Shown: positions 19,801 through 29,174, numbered from the stretch's first letter. The stretch is 64,000 bases of DNA from an uncultured Spirochaetales bacterium (GCA_964608985.1 CAZSQU010000005.1:7463-71462); one strand, 5' to 3'. The notes: a model not told the origin generated them from the letters alone. A program made the numbers and translations.

Positions 19801-20940
19801 AATATACTTATGCCATATCTCGGTCCGGTAATATCTGAACTTCAAACTGCGGTTTATAACAGTTTCGGTTACAAGGCGTTCTTAATGCCGCTTGATCAAA
19901 AAATGATACTTAGCGGTTCAAAATTCACAACAGGCGGTGAATGTCTGCCGAATGCCGCTATTATCGGATCAATAATCGATATTTTAACCAAAAACAAACT
20001 TGATCCTGCTAAAACAATCGTTTATATGCCGACGGTATGTATGGGTTGTAATTTTAATCAGTATTCAATCCTCATAGAACTTGCGCTCGAAAAAGCCGGA
20101 TATGGCGATATAAAGATCTCGAATGCTAATACACTCAGACAACATGATGAACTTCCAAAGGAATTAAATGTTAACCTGCTCGATGTAAATATATTAGGCT
20201 CGATACTGCTTAAACTATATTACAGATACCGTGCAAATGAGTCTGTTAAAGGGGACACAGAAAAGGCGTTAGCACAAACATTTGAAATCATCAAAGAAGA
20301 GCTTAAAACCGGTAAACCATTGACTTCATGCGCTATCAAAATCAAGGAATTATTTGGATCTATCAAATTAAAAGACACGAAAAGACCCCGAATTGCAGTT
20401 ATAGGCGATCTATATTCAAAATACAACACGGTTTTGAACCAAGATATTTACACGATGATTGAAGACCTCGGCGGTGAAGTGAGAATACCTTCATTTACAG
20501 AAACCGTACTCCACTTCCTCGACGCAGACTCAAGGGAGAACGGGCTTGACTCTAAATACAAACGCGGTCTTGTTTTATTTGAGAAACGGTATGAAAGAAT
20601 ATTCAGTGATCTTCTGCCGGATGATAATGAGCCGTCACAGGATGAATGTGCAGATCTAATTAAAGAAAACGGAATTGAACACTACATTGCCGGGGAAACA
20701 ACGATGAATCTCGGCCGCGCACTTCATTACATTAAACACAAAAGAGCGGATGCAATAGTCCACCTCAATCCTGTATTCTGTTGTCCGGGGGTTGTATCAG
20801 CGGCGATTTTCAGAAAAATTCAACATGATACAGGGTTTCCGATTATTGACCTGTTTTATGACGGCAATAACAAACCAAATAGTCAGATAATTCCCCAAAT
20901 GCACTACCTTAATCAAAAGATCTCAGGCGGAACAACATAA
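16822..20940 (+). CDS. CoA-substrate-specific enzyme activase fusion (2x BadF/BcrAD ATPase, DUF2229 and HGD-D-like domains)
   Basis: GIDIGS twice, CASGTGSF / CAAGTGSF, RCAVFA / RCTVYM, EIGGQDSK, CFRCSPD, DEHSNDAGYMTRIEA. ATG 16822 follows a GGAGG RBS. Confidence 0.85.
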   Translation: MNLGIDIGSQNIYWTVIDKKSIVKSGSIAHAGNINGSLIRIIEELKEYLNHDSKFGITGSVDISGIRTIDSILSGVEANRFLGTGCNYILSVGCERYYLITLDDNGNYVEHTSNPICASGTGSFIDQQAERIGITTAKLSEIADGFKGKTPTIATRCAVFAKSDIIHAQAKGYSKESIVTGLCEGMSHSIIDNLLKSKDITGNILFIGGVSRNAKIRAEIEKTINRNLFTIEESAIFNSVGAAILADQKAADFKSIIAGINKKREKRPPVSLENDNYPDFDSDKMEVINGVEIFYYENTDAPAYDIHLGIDIGSTSTKMVAFSNNKIITGFYTRTAGEPLKAVKKIFDEFNKVFEGKKINILGTGTTGSGRKLIKTVLNTDIELNEITAHANGAVFIDPKVDTIFEIGGQDSKYTFLRDGQVVNSAMNFVCAAGTGSFIEEQAKRLNITLDEISSMAENSSAPYTSDRCTVYMERDLNIYMSEGFSKNEIITGVLHSVRDNYLSKVVGKSQIGNRIFFQGATARNRALVSVFRNDLNKDIIVSKYCHLTGALGVCIELQKKGFKKSLFSGTDFTFTEAYEVCSLCTNRCDITIYDVNGKKSGWGYKCGREYDDKKFVKHDTRSDLEKSYFDVFNIKGLVNKYKGAKTIGIPYTLYITEYFYLFAEMFSELGYNIKLLFSNEHIVKAGKKLINSDFCLPMIATHGLVSTLASMNTDYIFFPAFINGDAPLTEPDDHDELFYNKVRDAYYCYYSEYAPTVVNNLRSLSIKDKLISPKMKFYNKTADEIGEYLSDYLSNGFGFDKDSTKKAFIKGYDLFDKGRKSWLNYGLNKANSKKPKILLIGRPYAILEPHINLGLPARFEELGYEVIYQSMIDEQDKPVSGRLGQKMHWYYGREIINGINYAINQPDVFPVFLSCFRCSPDAYLISYLKEIMEKNKRPYLIMQLDEHSNDAGYMTRIEAASDTFINYLNSDNKTRVVVKEPDYKNSPMTKDLNILMPYLGPVISELQTAVYNSFGYKAFLMPLDQKMILSGSKFTTGGECLPNAAIIGSIIDILTKNKLDPAKTIVYMPTVCMGCNFNQYSILIELALEKAGYGDIKISNANTLRQHDELPKELNVNLLDVNILGSILLKLYYRYRANESVKGDTEKALAQTFEIIKEELKTGKPLTSCAIKIKELFGSIKLKDTKRPRIAVIGDLYSKYNTVLNQDIYTMIEDLGGEVRIPSFTETVLHFLDADSRENGLDSKYKRGLVLFEKRYERIFSDLLPDDNEPSQDECADLIKENGIEHYIAGETTMNLGRALHYIKHKRADAIVHLNPVFCCPGVVSAAIFRKIQHDTGFPIIDLFYDGNNKPNSQIIPQMHYLNQKISGGTT

Positions 20941-21444
20941 ATGCTCGATCAATTCTTAAATCTAAGAGTCGGTAACGGTTACGATATTCATAAACTTGAA
21001 ACCGGAAGACGGTTTATCCTGGGCGGAATAGACATTCCCAATGAAAAAGGGTTTGTTGCGCACTCAGACGGAGATGTACTGATCCATTCAATAATTGACG
21101 CGCTTTTGGGGGCAGCCGGTATGGGTAATATCGGCTTACTCTATCCTGACACTGATCAGAAATATAAAAACGCTGATTCGACTGTTTTGCTGAAGGACAC
21201 AATCAACCGTATATCTTCAGAAGGGTTTATAATTATTAATATTGATACAAGTGTTATTTGCCAGAAACCGAAATTATCGCCATATATCGATCAAATCGGA
21301 CAATCTCTTTCAATACTTACCGGTTTAGACGCCGGTTTAATATCAATAAAGCCCCGAACCAAAGAAGGTATTGACGGTACAGGCGAAGAAAGGTCTGTCG
21401 AGGTTTATTCAACCGTACTTTTGTTCAAGAATAATTTGAAATGA
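20941..21444 (+). CDS. ispF: 2-C-methyl-D-erythritol 2,4-cyclodiphosphate synthase
   Basis: RVGNGYDIH, AHSDGDVLIHSIIDALLGA..GNIG..YPDTD. Confidence 0.95.
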   Translation: MLDQFLNLRVGNGYDIHKLETGRRFILGGIDIPNEKGFVAHSDGDVLIHSIIDALLGAAGMGNIGLLYPDTDQKYKNADSTVLLKDTINRISSEGFIIINIDTSVICQKPKLSPYIDQIGQSLSILTGLDAGLISIKPRTKEGIDGTGEERSVEVYSTVLLFKNNLK

Positions 21445-21455
21445 GGAAAATTTAA

Positions 21456-22556
21456 ATGAAAAAACAAAACTATTTTATTCTATTATTATCAGTTCTATCA
21501 TATTGTCTATTTATAACGGCTGATATCGTTACCGGAAACCGTATTCTTGCAGGCGCAATATCTGTATCTTTTATTTTACTCAGGGTTATAGTTCAATTAA
21601 TTACTTTTAAAAGGTTTGATAAATTCTTCATATCGGATATAATTCTTATAGTCGGTGGTTCGATTGCTTCATTATCATTGGAAAACACACCTTACAATAT
21701 GATCAGACCCGCAATAATCCCCGTTGTTTGGATAATTATTTTGTCATTTATTGCATTGTCTTCTAAAGTTATTATATTTGCCGCAAAAAAGTATGCCTCA
21801 TTGTTCGTTTTGAGCGAAGATGATATCAGAAACGGTCAATTAAACTCATTACTGCTCGTTCCTTTTATTGTAATATATATACTTCTGCTTGTTTATCTCT
21901 CTCTTGGAATAGAGCTTATTATATGGAAAATAGTTGCCGCTTCTTCAATCTACCCGTTGATTATTCTGCCGCTTGTGTTGTCAGTTTGGTTTCAACGGCT
22001 TAGAAACAAGGCGTTTATCAAGAAGTATAAGGATTCTGAGTGGTTTCCGGTTGTAGATCACGAAGGTAAAATAATCGGCAAATCCCCCAGAGAGGTATGC
22101 CATTCGGGAAGCATGATTCTTCATCCGGTTGTTCATATTCACATCTTAAATACAGACCGTAAACTGTTACTTCAAAAGAGATCGATTAATAAGGATATTC
22201 AACCCGGTAAATGGGACACATCAGTAGGCGGACATATATCCTCCGGGGAAGAGTTGATGAATGCCGTAAAAAGGGAAGCTAAAGAGGAACTTGGTATAAC
22301 AATCAATGAAAAATACCTCATACCTATTAAAAAATACATTTATGAATCTGAAATAGAAAGAGAGTTGGTTTTTTCTTTTATTTATATAACAAATGACTCA
22401 ATAAAGACAGATCCCGTTGAGATAGATGATGCGAGATTCTTTACCGAAAACGAGACAAATGACATCGTTCTCAGAGACTTAACCACTCCAAACTTTATTG
22501 AAGAGTTTAAACTTCTAAAATCATCAGAATTAAAAGTTTTTGATAATATCGTTTAA
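21456..22556 (+). CDS. Membrane-anchored NUDIX hydrolase (IDI/YfcD-like fold)
   Basis: About six N-terminal TM segments, then HPVVHIH, LLQKRS..KDIQPGKWDTSVGGH and the Nudix box GE...AVKREAKEELG. Confidence 0.8.
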   Translation: MKKQNYFILLLSVLSYCLFITADIVTGNRILAGAISVSFILLRVIVQLITFKRFDKFFISDIILIVGGSIASLSLENTPYNMIRPAIIPVVWIIILSFIALSSKVIIFAAKKYASLFVLSEDDIRNGQLNSLLLVPFIVIYILLLVYLSLGIELIIWKIVAASSIYPLIILPLVLSVWFQRLRNKAFIKKYKDSEWFPVVDHEGKIIGKSPREVCHSGSMILHPVVHIHILNTDRKLLLQKRSINKDIQPGKWDTSVGGHISSGEELMNAVKREAKEELGITINEKYLIPIKKYIYESEIERELVFSFIYITNDSIKTDPVEIDDARFFTENETNDIVLRDLTTPNFIEEFKLLKSSELKVFDNIV

Positions 22557-22661
22557 TTTAAAAAAAACTTTAATAAATTTCAAGATAATAAATCGCTTCG
22601 ACGAAACTTAATAAACCTGCCGGAAACTGACAGCCGGTTTGTTTATGGAGGCGGAGCTGAA

Positions 22662-23573
22662 ATGAAGAAACTTCTATTATCAACAATTATATTGCTATCG
22701 GTTGTTAATATTTTTCCTGATGACTTTATAACAATTACAATTCAGCCCAACCAATCTTTGTGGTCAATCGCAAGAGCAAACAATATAACTGTTGACAGAC
22801 TTATAAGGTACAACAATATTACAGATGTCAGTAGAATAATAGCAGGAACAATAATTAAGATCCCGCTAACCAACAATCCCCACACTCACACTATTCAAAA
22901 AGGGGAAACAATGTGGAGTATATCAAGGAGATACAATATACCTATTGCAGATATACTTTCATTTAACAATATAAGAAATGAACAGGAGATAAGGGAGGGT
23001 GTTGTATTAAGGTTATCAGCAGACACACAGGCAACAAATACCACATCATATACGGTTCAGAGGGGTGATACCCTATACAGTTTGTCAAGAAGACACGGAT
23101 TGACACCAAGTGAACTTTTGAACATAAACAACCTTACTGCAGAAACCCCTTTAAGGACCGGACAAGTTATCCTTGTCAAACCGCTCTCAGAATCGCTTGA
23201 AACTATTGATATTGCGATGCCTCTAAACGGAGAGATTAGAGAGTTTTCATCAGCACATTTTAAAGGGATAGGGATTTACTGCACCGGATCAACAGATATC
23301 AAAGCCGCCGCAACAGGTGTTGTTTCGCTTGTCGAAATTATCCCGGGTTATGGTCTAACGGTATTTATCAGAAGCAATAACGGAATTATTACTACCTATG
23401 CGTCTTTATCATCTGCTAATGTTTCTGCAGGAACAACAGTAACACGAGGTCAAGTTATCGGCGTATCAGGTAATATACGAAGATTTAACAGGCAGGGCAT
23501 AGTTTTCAGTGTATATAATCCCGGTAAAAACATACGATACGATGAAGCAACAGGCAGATTTGTTGTTTTGTAG
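22662..23573 (+). CDS. 3x LysM plus degenerate M23 (LytM) domain protein, NlpD-like
   Basis: Signal peptide and three LysM repeats (IQPNQSLWSIA, IQKGETMWSIS, VQRGDTLYSLS). C-terminal M23-like IKAAATGVV..GYGLTV..TYASL..V.RGQVIG lacks the Zn ligands. Confidence 0.85.
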   Translation: MKKLLLSTIILLSVVNIFPDDFITITIQPNQSLWSIARANNITVDRLIRYNNITDVSRIIAGTIIKIPLTNNPHTHTIQKGETMWSISRRYNIPIADILSFNNIRNEQEIREGVVLRLSADTQATNTTSYTVQRGDTLYSLSRRHGLTPSELLNINNLTAETPLRTGQVILVKPLSESLETIDIAMPLNGEIREFSSAHFKGIGIYCTGSTDIKAAATGVVSLVEIIPGYGLTVFIRSNNGIITTYASLSSANVSAGTTVTRGQVIGVSGNIRRFNRQGIVFSVYNPGKNIRYDEATGRFVVL

Positions 23574-23655
23574 TATTATACTATTCTGTTTACATAATTC
23601 CAAATAAGTGATAAAAACTATGTAATTAACTCAATAATTTATATGGGGGATTATA

Positions 23656-25029
23656 ATGGATTTTATCATTGTTGCCTGTCTCGGTCTTATTTTTTTAATT
23701 AACTTAATAATTTTACTTCGAACACTAATAAAATCTTCAAGCGAAAATGAGATCAAGTCTTTAATTAACCGCTTTAATCTCCTTGAAAACAGCTTTAAGC
23801 ACTCGGAAACGGTCTCGAGGGAAGAATTTGGAAGAAGCAGATCAGAATTGGCCGGTTCATTTACAAATTTTCAAGGGATTTTTGATCAGAGACTTAATAC
23901 GATTGATGTAAGAATCAATAACAGCGCAAAAGAAAACCGGACAGAACTTACTAATGCCCTTAAATCATTTGAGGAACAGTTTGGAATGAGCGTAAAGGGT
24001 TTTAATGAGATACAACAACAGAAATTTACTGAGCTTATACAGAAACAAAATGAATTAACAAAAAACACAGAAACAAAACTTGAAAAACTCCGCGAAACAA
24101 TCGAATCAAGACTGATGGCAATACAGAACGATAACAACATAAAACTCGAAAAAATGCGTGAAACAGTTGATGAAAAACTTCACAAAACACTTGAAGAACG
24201 GCTCACTCAAAGTTTTGAAAGTGTAACTAAACATTTAATGGATGTCCAAAAAGGTTTAAGTGAGATGAAGACCCTTGCCGATGATGTCGGGGGCTTGAAA
24301 AAAGTATTAACAAATGTCAAGCAAAGGGGCGTTTTGGGAGAGGCGCAACTCGGAGCATTACTCGATCAGTTTCTTACAAAAGAGCAGTTTGATATTAATG
24401 TAAGAGTCAAACCAAAATCAAAAGAGAATGTTGAATATGCTGTAAAACTCCCCGGAACCGAAGAAAACGGGCATATATGGCTTCCGATAGACTCCAAATT
24501 CCCGATTGAGAACTATTCACGGCTCAATGATGCTTATTCACAAGGGGAAAAATCAGAGATAGAAAAATGCGCTAAAGCATTAGAACAGGATTTTATTAAA
24601 GAAGCTCGCGAAATAAAAGAAAAATACATTGAACCGCCTTACACCACCGATTTCGGACTTATGTTTCTCCCTTTTGAAAGCTTATATGCAGAAGCACTCC
24701 GTTTAAACCTGTTTGAGAAAATCCAAAAAGAATTTAAGGTTACAATCGTCGGCCCTACAACACTAACTGCATTTCTAAACAGTCTTCAGGTTGGTTTTAA
24801 AACGCTTGCTATCAGTAAGCAATCAAGCGAGGTTTGGCGTGTTCTCGGCGCCGTCAAATCGGAGTTCGGCAAATTCGGAGATTCACTTGAAGCTGTTCAA
24901 AAAAACCTTGATTCTGCCTCAAATAAACTCACTGAGGTCACAAACAGGTCTAAGCAGATGGAAAAGAAACTGGATAAAGTTACAACTATGCCATCAGAAG
25001 AAGCCGTTAAATTAATTGAAGATCAGTAA
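23656..25029 (+). CDS. rmuC: DNA recombination protein RmuC
   Basis: N-terminal TM and coiled coil; VKQRGVLGE, LPIDSKFP, TTDFGLMFLPFE, VGPTTL..LNSLQVGF. Confidence 0.93.
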   Translation: MDFIIVACLGLIFLINLIILLRTLIKSSSENEIKSLINRFNLLENSFKHSETVSREEFGRSRSELAGSFTNFQGIFDQRLNTIDVRINNSAKENRTELTNALKSFEEQFGMSVKGFNEIQQQKFTELIQKQNELTKNTETKLEKLRETIESRLMAIQNDNNIKLEKMRETVDEKLHKTLEERLTQSFESVTKHLMDVQKGLSEMKTLADDVGGLKKVLTNVKQRGVLGEAQLGALLDQFLTKEQFDINVRVKPKSKENVEYAVKLPGTEENGHIWLPIDSKFPIENYSRLNDAYSQGEKSEIEKCAKALEQDFIKEAREIKEKYIEPPYTTDFGLMFLPFESLYAEALRLNLFEKIQKEFKVTIVGPTTLTAFLNSLQVGFKTLAISKQSSEVWRVLGAVKSEFGKFGDSLEAVQKNLDSASNKLTEVTNRSKQMEKKLDKVTTMPSEEAVKLIEDQ

Positions 25030-25041
25030 AAAATATAATTG

Positions 25042-25069
25042 TTGACTAAATTAATCTAAATAGTATAAT
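25042..25069 (+). promoter_or_regulatory. Putative sigma70 promoter of pyk
   Basis: TTGACT-16 bp-TATAAT, followed by a GAGGA RBS. Confidence 0.6.
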
Positions 25070-25091
25070 AACTATTATACGAGGAATTAAT

Positions 25092-26534
25092 ATGAATAAA
25101 TTTACCAAAATAATTGCCACGCTAGGTCCTGTTTCGTCAAGTTATGATACAATTCTTGAAATGGTTAACGAAGGTGCAGATGTTTTTAGAATGAATTTCT
25201 CACACGGCAGTTTTGATGATCATTATGAAGTCTTGAAAAATGTTATTCAAGTTCGAAAGGATACCGGCAAACATGTTTCTGTTTTTATGGACCTTCAGGG
25301 ACCAAAAATAAGGATTGGTAAACTTGAATCAGATTTCATCGATCTTATTGAAGGACAAGAATTCATCGTAACCACTGAAGATATGATTGGCAAAGACAAT
25401 ATGGTTTCTATTGATTATACTAATCTACATAATGAGGCTGTCCCCGGCAATAAAATCCTAATTGATGACGGGAATATCGAGCTTGAGGTACTAAGAATAA
25501 GCGGTAAAAAAATATATACCAAAGTACTTAACGGTGGACATCTCAAGCAAAGAAAAGGGGTTAATCTCCCTTACATCAAACTTGAAAAGCTTTCATCTGT
25601 TACAGAAAAAGACATTAAAGACCTTGAATTTGCTTATCTGCATGACCTTGACTTTGTCGCCTTATCTTTTGTCAGAACTGCTGCAGATGTAACCCATCTC
25701 AAAAACATAATGATGCAGAAGTATGGCAAGATAATTCCTGTTATAGCTAAAATTGAGACACCTCAAGCTGTTGATGATATTGATAATATTCTCGATGTTG
25801 CAGATGCCGTTATGGTTGCAAGAGGGGATCTTGGTGTTGAAACATCAACAGAGGAGCTGCCCCTTGCTCAAAAAAAGATTATTAACAGATGCAATCTTCG
25901 CGGCATACCGGTTATAACAGCCACACAAATGCTTGATTCGATGATATACAACCCACGCCCGACAAGAGCGGAAGCAAACGATGTTGCAAATTCTATAATG
26001 GACGGAACAGATGCTGTAATGCTTTCAGGGGAAACAACCGTTGGTAAATACCCCATTGAAGCAATAAGGGTTATGAAAAAAATTGCCCTAAAAATTGAAC
26101 AAAGTGAATTGTACATTTCAAAATTTTACAGGTACAGACTGTTTCTATCTGATCTGAGTAACACATCGGGCGTTTCTGTAAGCGAAGCTGTGGGGCTTTC
26201 TGCAGTCGAACTTGCCGAAAAAATCAAAGCAAAATTAATTGTAAGTTTTACGATAAGCGGCGGTACTGCCCGACTTGTAGCTAAGTACAGGCCAAACATA
26301 CCCATAATTGCATTTAGTCCGATTATTAACATGGCTCAAAAACTTTCACTCGTTTGGGGGGTAACGCCGCTCGAAATCGATGATATTTCATCTGTAGATG
26401 AATTACTTGAAGCGGCAAAGGTTCAGCTAAAAAACCGCAAACTTGTCCAGCCCGGCGATAAGGTTGTTATCACTGCCGGCGTACCGGTAGGGTGGACAGG
26501 TAAAACTAATATGATAAAAGTTGTTGTTATTTAG
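25092..26534 (+). CDS. pyk: Pyruvate kinase
   Basis: TKIIATLGP, RMNFSHG, DLQGPKIR, MVARGDLG, ATQMLDSM..PRPTRAEANDV, MLSGET. Confidence 0.98.
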   Translation: MNKFTKIIATLGPVSSSYDTILEMVNEGADVFRMNFSHGSFDDHYEVLKNVIQVRKDTGKHVSVFMDLQGPKIRIGKLESDFIDLIEGQEFIVTTEDMIGKDNMVSIDYTNLHNEAVPGNKILIDDGNIELEVLRISGKKIYTKVLNGGHLKQRKGVNLPYIKLEKLSSVTEKDIKDLEFAYLHDLDFVALSFVRTAADVTHLKNIMMQKYGKIIPVIAKIETPQAVDDIDNILDVADAVMVARGDLGVETSTEELPLAQKKIINRCNLRGIPVITATQMLDSMIYNPRPTRAEANDVANSIMDGTDAVMLSGETTVGKYPIEAIRVMKKIALKIEQSELYISKFYRYRLFLSDLSNTSGVSVSEAVGLSAVELAEKIKAKLIVSFTISGGTARLVAKYRPNIPIIAFSPIINMAQKLSLVWGVTPLEIDDISSVDELLEAAKVQLKNRKLVQPGDKVVITAGVPVGWTGKTNMIKVVVI

Positions 26535-26541
26535 ATCTCCT

Positions 26542-26722
26542 GAGGCTCTTGCAAAAATAAATTTTGAATTTTTGCGAAGCATATTTTTTTGGAAAACAAG
26601 GAAAAATGTGGCAAATAAACGCAGAATAATCACTTTATTTGAGTATTCTTTGCCGTATTTTGACGCATGTTTAAAAAATAAAAGATCAAGCAAAAAACTA
26701 AAGGGGTTTTTGCAAGAGCCTC
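26542..26722. mobile_element. 181-bp MITE with 16-bp terminal inverted repeats and TCCT target duplication
   Basis: GAGGCTCTTGCAAAAA (26542-26557) and TTTTTGCAAGAGCCTC (26707-26722) are perfect inverted repeats. TCCT flanks both sides (26538-41, 26723-26). No transposase. Confidence 0.85.
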
Positions 26723-26763
26723 TCCTAATTGAATTTTTTATTTTAACTTAATGAGGGTTAATA

Positions 26764-27990
26764 ATGGAGCAAAACATTTATTTAGCACGGCATCCGATCC
26801 TTGATAAATACAATCGTATATTTGCTTATGAACTTTTATACAGAAGTGAGACCGGTAATATCTTCCCCGGAATTGACGGCGATGTAGCATCCCGTTCACT
26901 TTTACATAGATTACTTATGGATTTCGGCATTAAGAGAATTTCAGGCGGAAAGCCGGTTTTTATCAATTTTACAGAATCCTACCTTATGGATGACTCAATA
27001 TTGTTATTACCTCCTGAGCATGTCGTACTTGAGATACTTGAGACCGCAGAACCCACTCCGGAGCTTCTCTCAAGGTGTAGATTCCTTCAAGAAAAAGGTT
27101 ATAAATTTGCACTTGATGATTTTGAGTGGAACGAGAAATGGATACCTTTTTTTGAGGTTGTGAACTTTGTAAAAGTTGATTTCATCCTTGTTAAGGATAA
27201 AGAACGCGGCGAGATACTAAAAAGAATAAAGAATAAACAAATATTCTTTATTGCAGAAAAGGTTGAAAACAATCAGGACTTTATTGAGGCAAAACAGTTA
27301 AACTACCACTTTTTTCAAGGATTTTTCTTTTGTAAACCATCTATACTGACAACTAAAAAAATTCCTGAAAACAGACTCAACTATTTTCAAGTTTTACAAG
27401 AGATAAACAAACCTGATTTTTCTTTTGATGCGCTTGAAATCTATTTTAAAAGAGATCTTTCGCTAACATACAAACTGCTTAAATTCATTAATTCATCATA
27501 CTTCAATCTTCCTAATAAAGTAACATCAATAAAAAGTTCATTAACACTTCTTGGCTATCAAACATTAAGAAAATGGGTTACTCTATTGGCTCTTGATTCA
27601 CTTATTGACAATAAACCACAGGAATTAATAAGAATCTCACTTACAAGAGCGCTTTTTTGCGAGGCTATCGGCAGGTTGATAGAAAAAAAGAACTCCACAG
27701 ACAACTATTTTTTAACCGGATTATTTTCGCTGATCGATGCAATACTTGACAAAAGTCGAGATGATATTTTTTCTGAGATTTCTGTTGATCCGATAATAAT
27801 AAACACACTTAATGCCGAGAAAACAGTAATCACGCCGGTTCTTGAGCTCTCGATATCAATGGAACAGGGAGAGTTTGAACTTGCGGGGGTATTGGCACAA
27901 AACAAAGGCCTCGATAAAAAATTAGTTATTGAGACCTTTCTGAGTTCAATGATGATAGCTGACTCACTTATAGAAAGCTCTGAATGTTGA
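26764..27990 (+). CDS. EAL plus HDOD domain protein (YuxH/PdeH-like)
   Basis: ARHPILD, AYELLYR, FINF, LEILE, ALDDF, AEKVE, FQGFFF, then HDOD-type DLSLTYKLLKFINS. Confidence 0.9.
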   Translation: MEQNIYLARHPILDKYNRIFAYELLYRSETGNIFPGIDGDVASRSLLHRLLMDFGIKRISGGKPVFINFTESYLMDDSILLLPPEHVVLEILETAEPTPELLSRCRFLQEKGYKFALDDFEWNEKWIPFFEVVNFVKVDFILVKDKERGEILKRIKNKQIFFIAEKVENNQDFIEAKQLNYHFFQGFFFCKPSILTTKKIPENRLNYFQVLQEINKPDFSFDALEIYFKRDLSLTYKLLKFINSSYFNLPNKVTSIKSSLTLLGYQTLRKWVTLLALDSLIDNKPQELIRISLTRALFCEAIGRLIEKKNSTDNYFLTGLFSLIDAILDKSRDDIFSEISVDPIIINTLNAEKTVITPVLELSISMEQGEFELAGVLAQNKGLDKKLVIETFLSSMMIADSLIESSEC

Positions 27991-27992
27991 TA

Positions 27993-29174
27993 CTAAAAAT
28001 TGATTTCATGACCGAGCCGCTCTTTCTTGGTACGGAGATACTTTTCATTTTCCTTAAAAACACAAATTTTACCCTCATATCTTCTTACTTTTAAACCGTG
28101 TCTTTCAAGTGTAGATTTTTTATGGGGATTATTACTGTGAAGATGAACATTGATGAATCCGTTTTCCTTTAGAATCCATGCCGCCTGATGAAAATCCCTT
28201 TCGTCGGGTTCGTGTCCAAGCTCAATATTGGCATCTACCGTATCAAAATTATGATTCTGTTGAAGGTGATATGCTTTGATCTTTTCACTAAGCCCTATAC
28301 CCCGCCCCTCCTGTCTCAGGTAAACAATCGCTCCTTTACCGTCACGACCAATTGTACTCAAAGCATCGTGAAGCTGTGAATAACAATCGCACGACCTTGA
28401 CATCAGAACATCTCCGGTAAAACATTCCGAATGAATTCTTACAATCCCATCTTTATAATCGCCCATACTTAAAAAGATATGCTCTTTATCACTGTAAAGC
28501 TCTTTATATATTGCGATATCGAACTCACCGTAATCGGTCTTAAGTTTAGCCGAGCTTGCTTTAATAACATTCTTAACAGATAATTTTTGATGATCAATTA
28601 TTTCTTTAATTGTAAAGAATGGCAAACCTCTTTTTTTTGCAAAATTCATTGCCTCTTCTCTGTTGTACATATTACCGTCTGATTTAATCATTTCACAAAT
28701 CAAAGCGGCTTTAGCAAGTCCCGCCTGTTCGCATAAAGCAACACTTGCTTCGGTATGCCCTCGTCTTTGGAGAACACCGCCCTCTCTTGCAATCAACGGA
28801 AAAAGGTGTCCGGGTGTAATGAAGTCTTTTAATGTGGTTTCAGAATCGATCAATTCTTTAGCCGTAACACATCTTTCGTAAGGTGATATGCCGGTTTTTA
28901 CTTTTCTGGAGTCAACCGACAGGGTAAATGCTGTTGAATAAAGGTCGGTTCTGTTTGACGACATTAGCGGAAAACCTTTTTGATGTGCAATCTCAGGTGA
29001 AAGTGAGGCGCATAATAGCCCTTTTGCCTCGGATATCATAAGATTAATTGTTTGTTCATCGCAAAGGGCTATCGGCGATATAATATCCGCTTCATTCTCC
29101 CTTTTTTCATCATCAAAAACTACCGCCGGCTTGCCTTGTTTAAATAACTCAAGCATCTCATTATATTTTTTCAT
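27993..29174 (-). CDS. ribBA: Bifunctional DHBP synthase / GTP cyclohydrolase II
   Basis: DDEKRENEAD, PGHLFPL, RRGHTEA, RIHSECFTGD..S.SCDC, RQEGRGIGL. Confidence 0.97.
   Translation of the reverse strand: MKKYNEMLELFKQGKPAVVFDDEKRENEADIISPIALCDEQTINLMISEAKGLLCASLSPEIAHQKGFPLMSSNRTDLYSTAFTLSVDSRKVKTGISPYERCVTAKELIDSETTLKDFITPGHLFPLIAREGGVLQRRGHTEASVALCEQAGLAKAALICEMIKSDGNMYNREEAMNFAKKRGLPFFTIKEIIDHQKLSVKNVIKASSAKLKTDYGEFDIAIYKELYSDKEHIFLSMGDYKDGIVRIHSECFTGDVLMSRSCDCYSQLHDALSTIGRDGKGAIVYLRQEGRGIGLSEKIKAYHLQQNHNFDTVDANIELGHEPDERDFHQAAWILKENGFINVHLHSNNPHKKSTLERHGLKVRRYEGKICVFKENEKYLRTKKERLGHEINF

Noticed and set aside
21456-22556. Assignment as isopentenyl-diphosphate isomerase (idi)
   Set aside because: The catalytic Cys motif is absent, so no gene symbol was given.
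22560-22661. c-di-AMP (ydaO) or c-di-GMP riboswitch upstream of the LysM gene
   Set aside because: Only a weak imperfect inverted repeat (ATAAAC..CCGG / CCGG..GTTTAT) is present, with none of the conserved aptamer motifs.
26521-26751. 76-aa and 88-aa ORFs across the pyk downstream spacer
   Set aside because: They are incidental frames through the 181-bp MITE.
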